The notes below the pieces were generated by a model. The model saw only the letters and a list, made by a program, of their open reading frames with translations, searched no databases and was not told the origin of the DNA. This document shows positions 47,178-48,555 of a stretch of DNA of 48,555 nucleotides, in pieces. Made by a program: the position numbers and the translations under genes. The DNA lies in the NCBI GenBank assembly GCA_963623245.1, contig CAVFKU010000002.1, forward strand, positions 1 through 48,555. The letters are read 5' to 3'. How positions within the stretch are numbered: the first letter of the stretch is position 1; the number at the start of each line of letters is the position of its first letter. The DNA is from Parabacteroides merdae (GTDB taxonomy: Bacteria; Actinomycetota; Actinomycetes; Actinomycetales; Bifidobacteriaceae).

Positions 47178-47780
47178 ATGGCAATGGTGTACGACGGCGC
47201 AATCCAGCGATTAATCGATGCATTCTCGAAACTGCCAGGCATTGGCCCGAAAGGTGCGCAACGCATCGCATTTTATGTGCTCAGCAGCGACGAACAGGAA
47301 GCAGCCGACCTAGCCGACGCCATTGCGGAAGTCAAGGCGAAAGTGCGTTTTTGTGACACATGTGGAAACGTGTGTGAAGCCAGCCCATGCCCGATATGTG
47401 CCGATCCGCGCCGCGACCACACCATTATTTGCGTGGTGGAGGAGCCTAAGGACGTGATGAGCATTGAGCGCACTCGCGAATATCGCGGACGGTACCATGT
47501 GCTCGGCGGTGCGATTAACCCGATGGCGAATGTGGGGCCGAGCGATTTGAACATCCCGAAACTGCTCGACCGGCTCTCCGATGAAGAAATTGCGGAAGTG
47601 ATTCTCGCGCTCGACCCGAATATCGAAGGCGAGGCCACCACCACATATTTAAGCCGTTTGCTTAGCCAAGTCGGCGTGAAAGTGACGCGCTTGGCAAGTG
47701 GTCTGCCGGTGGGCAGTGACCTCGAATACGCCGACGAGATTACCCTTGGCCGCGCGCTTGCTGGCCGGCGTGAAGCTTAA
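47178..47780 (+). CDS. recR: Recombination protein RecR
   Basis: [11 protein letters not shown]hH, C4 zinc finger, [28 protein letters not shown]. Confidence 0.97.
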   Translation: MAMVYDGAIQRLIDAFSKLPGIGPKGAQRIAFYVLSSDEQEAADLADAIAEVKAKVRFCDTCGNVCEASPCPICADPRRDHTIICVVEEPKDVMSIERTREYRGRYHVLGGAINPMANVGPSDLNIPKLLDRLSDEEIAEVILALDPNIEGEATTTYLSRLLSQVGVKVTRLASGLPVGSDLEYADEITLGRALAGRREA

Positions 47781-47878
47781 AGATGCTTCGGCGCAGCTCG
47801 GTTTGGCTTCGCCTAGCTCAGCATGACCAAAAAGAGTTGTCATCCTGAGCGAAGCCCAAAGGGCGGAGTCGAAGGACT
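47781..47878. repeat. REP/REPIN-like inverted pair of short palindromic elements
   Basis: Minus copy GTCATGCTGAGC...GCCGAAGCATCT and plus copy GTCATCCTGAGCGAAG...GTCGAAGGACT, joined by an 11-nt spacer. Confidence 0.65.
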
Positions 47879-47994
47879 TCCACCGTCCCGCATCGTGAAC
47901 GCGCAAGATCGCCGCAAAGCCCCTCATCCCTATAATCGTGCCGCTTGCGTAGTATGGAACATGAAGCACATTCGATGAACAGAGAGGGATAACA

Positions 47995-48555
47995 GTGGCT
48001 CTCATCGTGCAGAAGTACGGCGGTTCATCCGTGGCCGACGCGGCCTCCATCAAGCGCGTCGCCCGTCGTGTCGTCGAAACAAAAAAGAAGGGCAATTCCG
48101 TGGCTGTGGTGGTCTCTGCCATGGGCGACACCACTGACGACCTTATTGATCAGGCCATGAGCATCGACTCCAACCCGCCCGAGCGCGAGATGGACATGCT
48201 GATGACGGCTGGCGAACGCATCTCCATGAGCTTGCTCGCCATGGCCATTCACGCCGAAGGTGACAATGCGCACTCGTTCACCGGTCAACAGGCCGGCTTC
48301 TTTACCGACACTCGTTATGGCGCCGCCCACATCAAAGCCGTTAAGCCAGATCGCGTTAAGCATGCGCTCGGCCAGGGGGATGTGGCGATTGTGGCCGGTT
48401 TCCAAGGCATTAATGCGAAGGGCGACGCCACCACACTTGGGCGCGGCGGCTCTGACACTTCTGCTGTTGCGCTCGCTGTTGCGCTCGGGGCAGACGTGTG
48501 TGAGATCTACACCGACGTGGACGGCGTGTTCACCGCCGACCCACGCATCGTGCCC
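47995..48555 (+). CDS. ask: Aspartate kinase (3'-truncated by window; absent from ORF track)
   Basis: GTG 47995 reads [14 protein letters not shown]...[11 protein letters not shown]...GERIS...VAGFQG...[12 protein letters not shown]...[16 protein letters not shown]. Confidence 0.96.
   Translation, partial: MALIVQKYGGSSVADAASIKRVARRVVETKKKGNSVAVVVSAMGDTTDDLIDQAMSIDSNPPEREMDMLMTAGERISMSLLAMAIHAEGDNAHSFTGQQAGFFTDTRYGAAHIKAVKPDRVKHALGQGDVAIVAGFQGINAKGDATTLGRGGSDTSAVALAVALGADVCEIYTDVDGVFTADPRIVP

Overview
Origin-proximal chromosomal segment of a high-GC actinobacterium, most likely a Bifidobacterium (inferred from gene content and order). The core backbone runs recF(partial)-DUF721-gyrB-gyrA-DUF3566, then msiK, DUF4032, rlmB, a P-type ATPase, dcd, a Na+/H+ antiporter, tRNA deaminase, a GH13 glucosidase, ilvA, mutT1, ppk, a tad pilus locus, a DAG-kinase-like gene, dnaX, recR and ask (partial). 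Two accessory modules are present. One is a LytTR/GHKL two-component pair divergent from two GH3 beta-glucosidases and a GtrA-like protein, with a shared upstream motif. The other is a ~3.1 kb islet (HTH antitoxin + HipA kinase, convergent with an AAA+/DUF4143 ATPase-nuclease) bracketed by a degenerate duplication of the GH13 gene's 3' end; its ATPase gene is preceded by a three-copy, 33-bp-period repeat. Several non-coding elements are visible by eye: a ~165-nt rod-like RNA with its own promoter and terminator inside the tad locus (Ms1/6S-like candidate), a ~100-nt sRNA candidate antisense to an 18-codon ORF upstream of dcd, a four-hairpin element after msiK, the msiK leader motif, a structured P-type ATPase leader, DnaA-box-like clusters at the tad promoters and a REP-like inverted pair after recR. 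No tRNA, rRNA, CRISPR array, transposase or integrase was seen. All calls are from manual reading; no searches were run.
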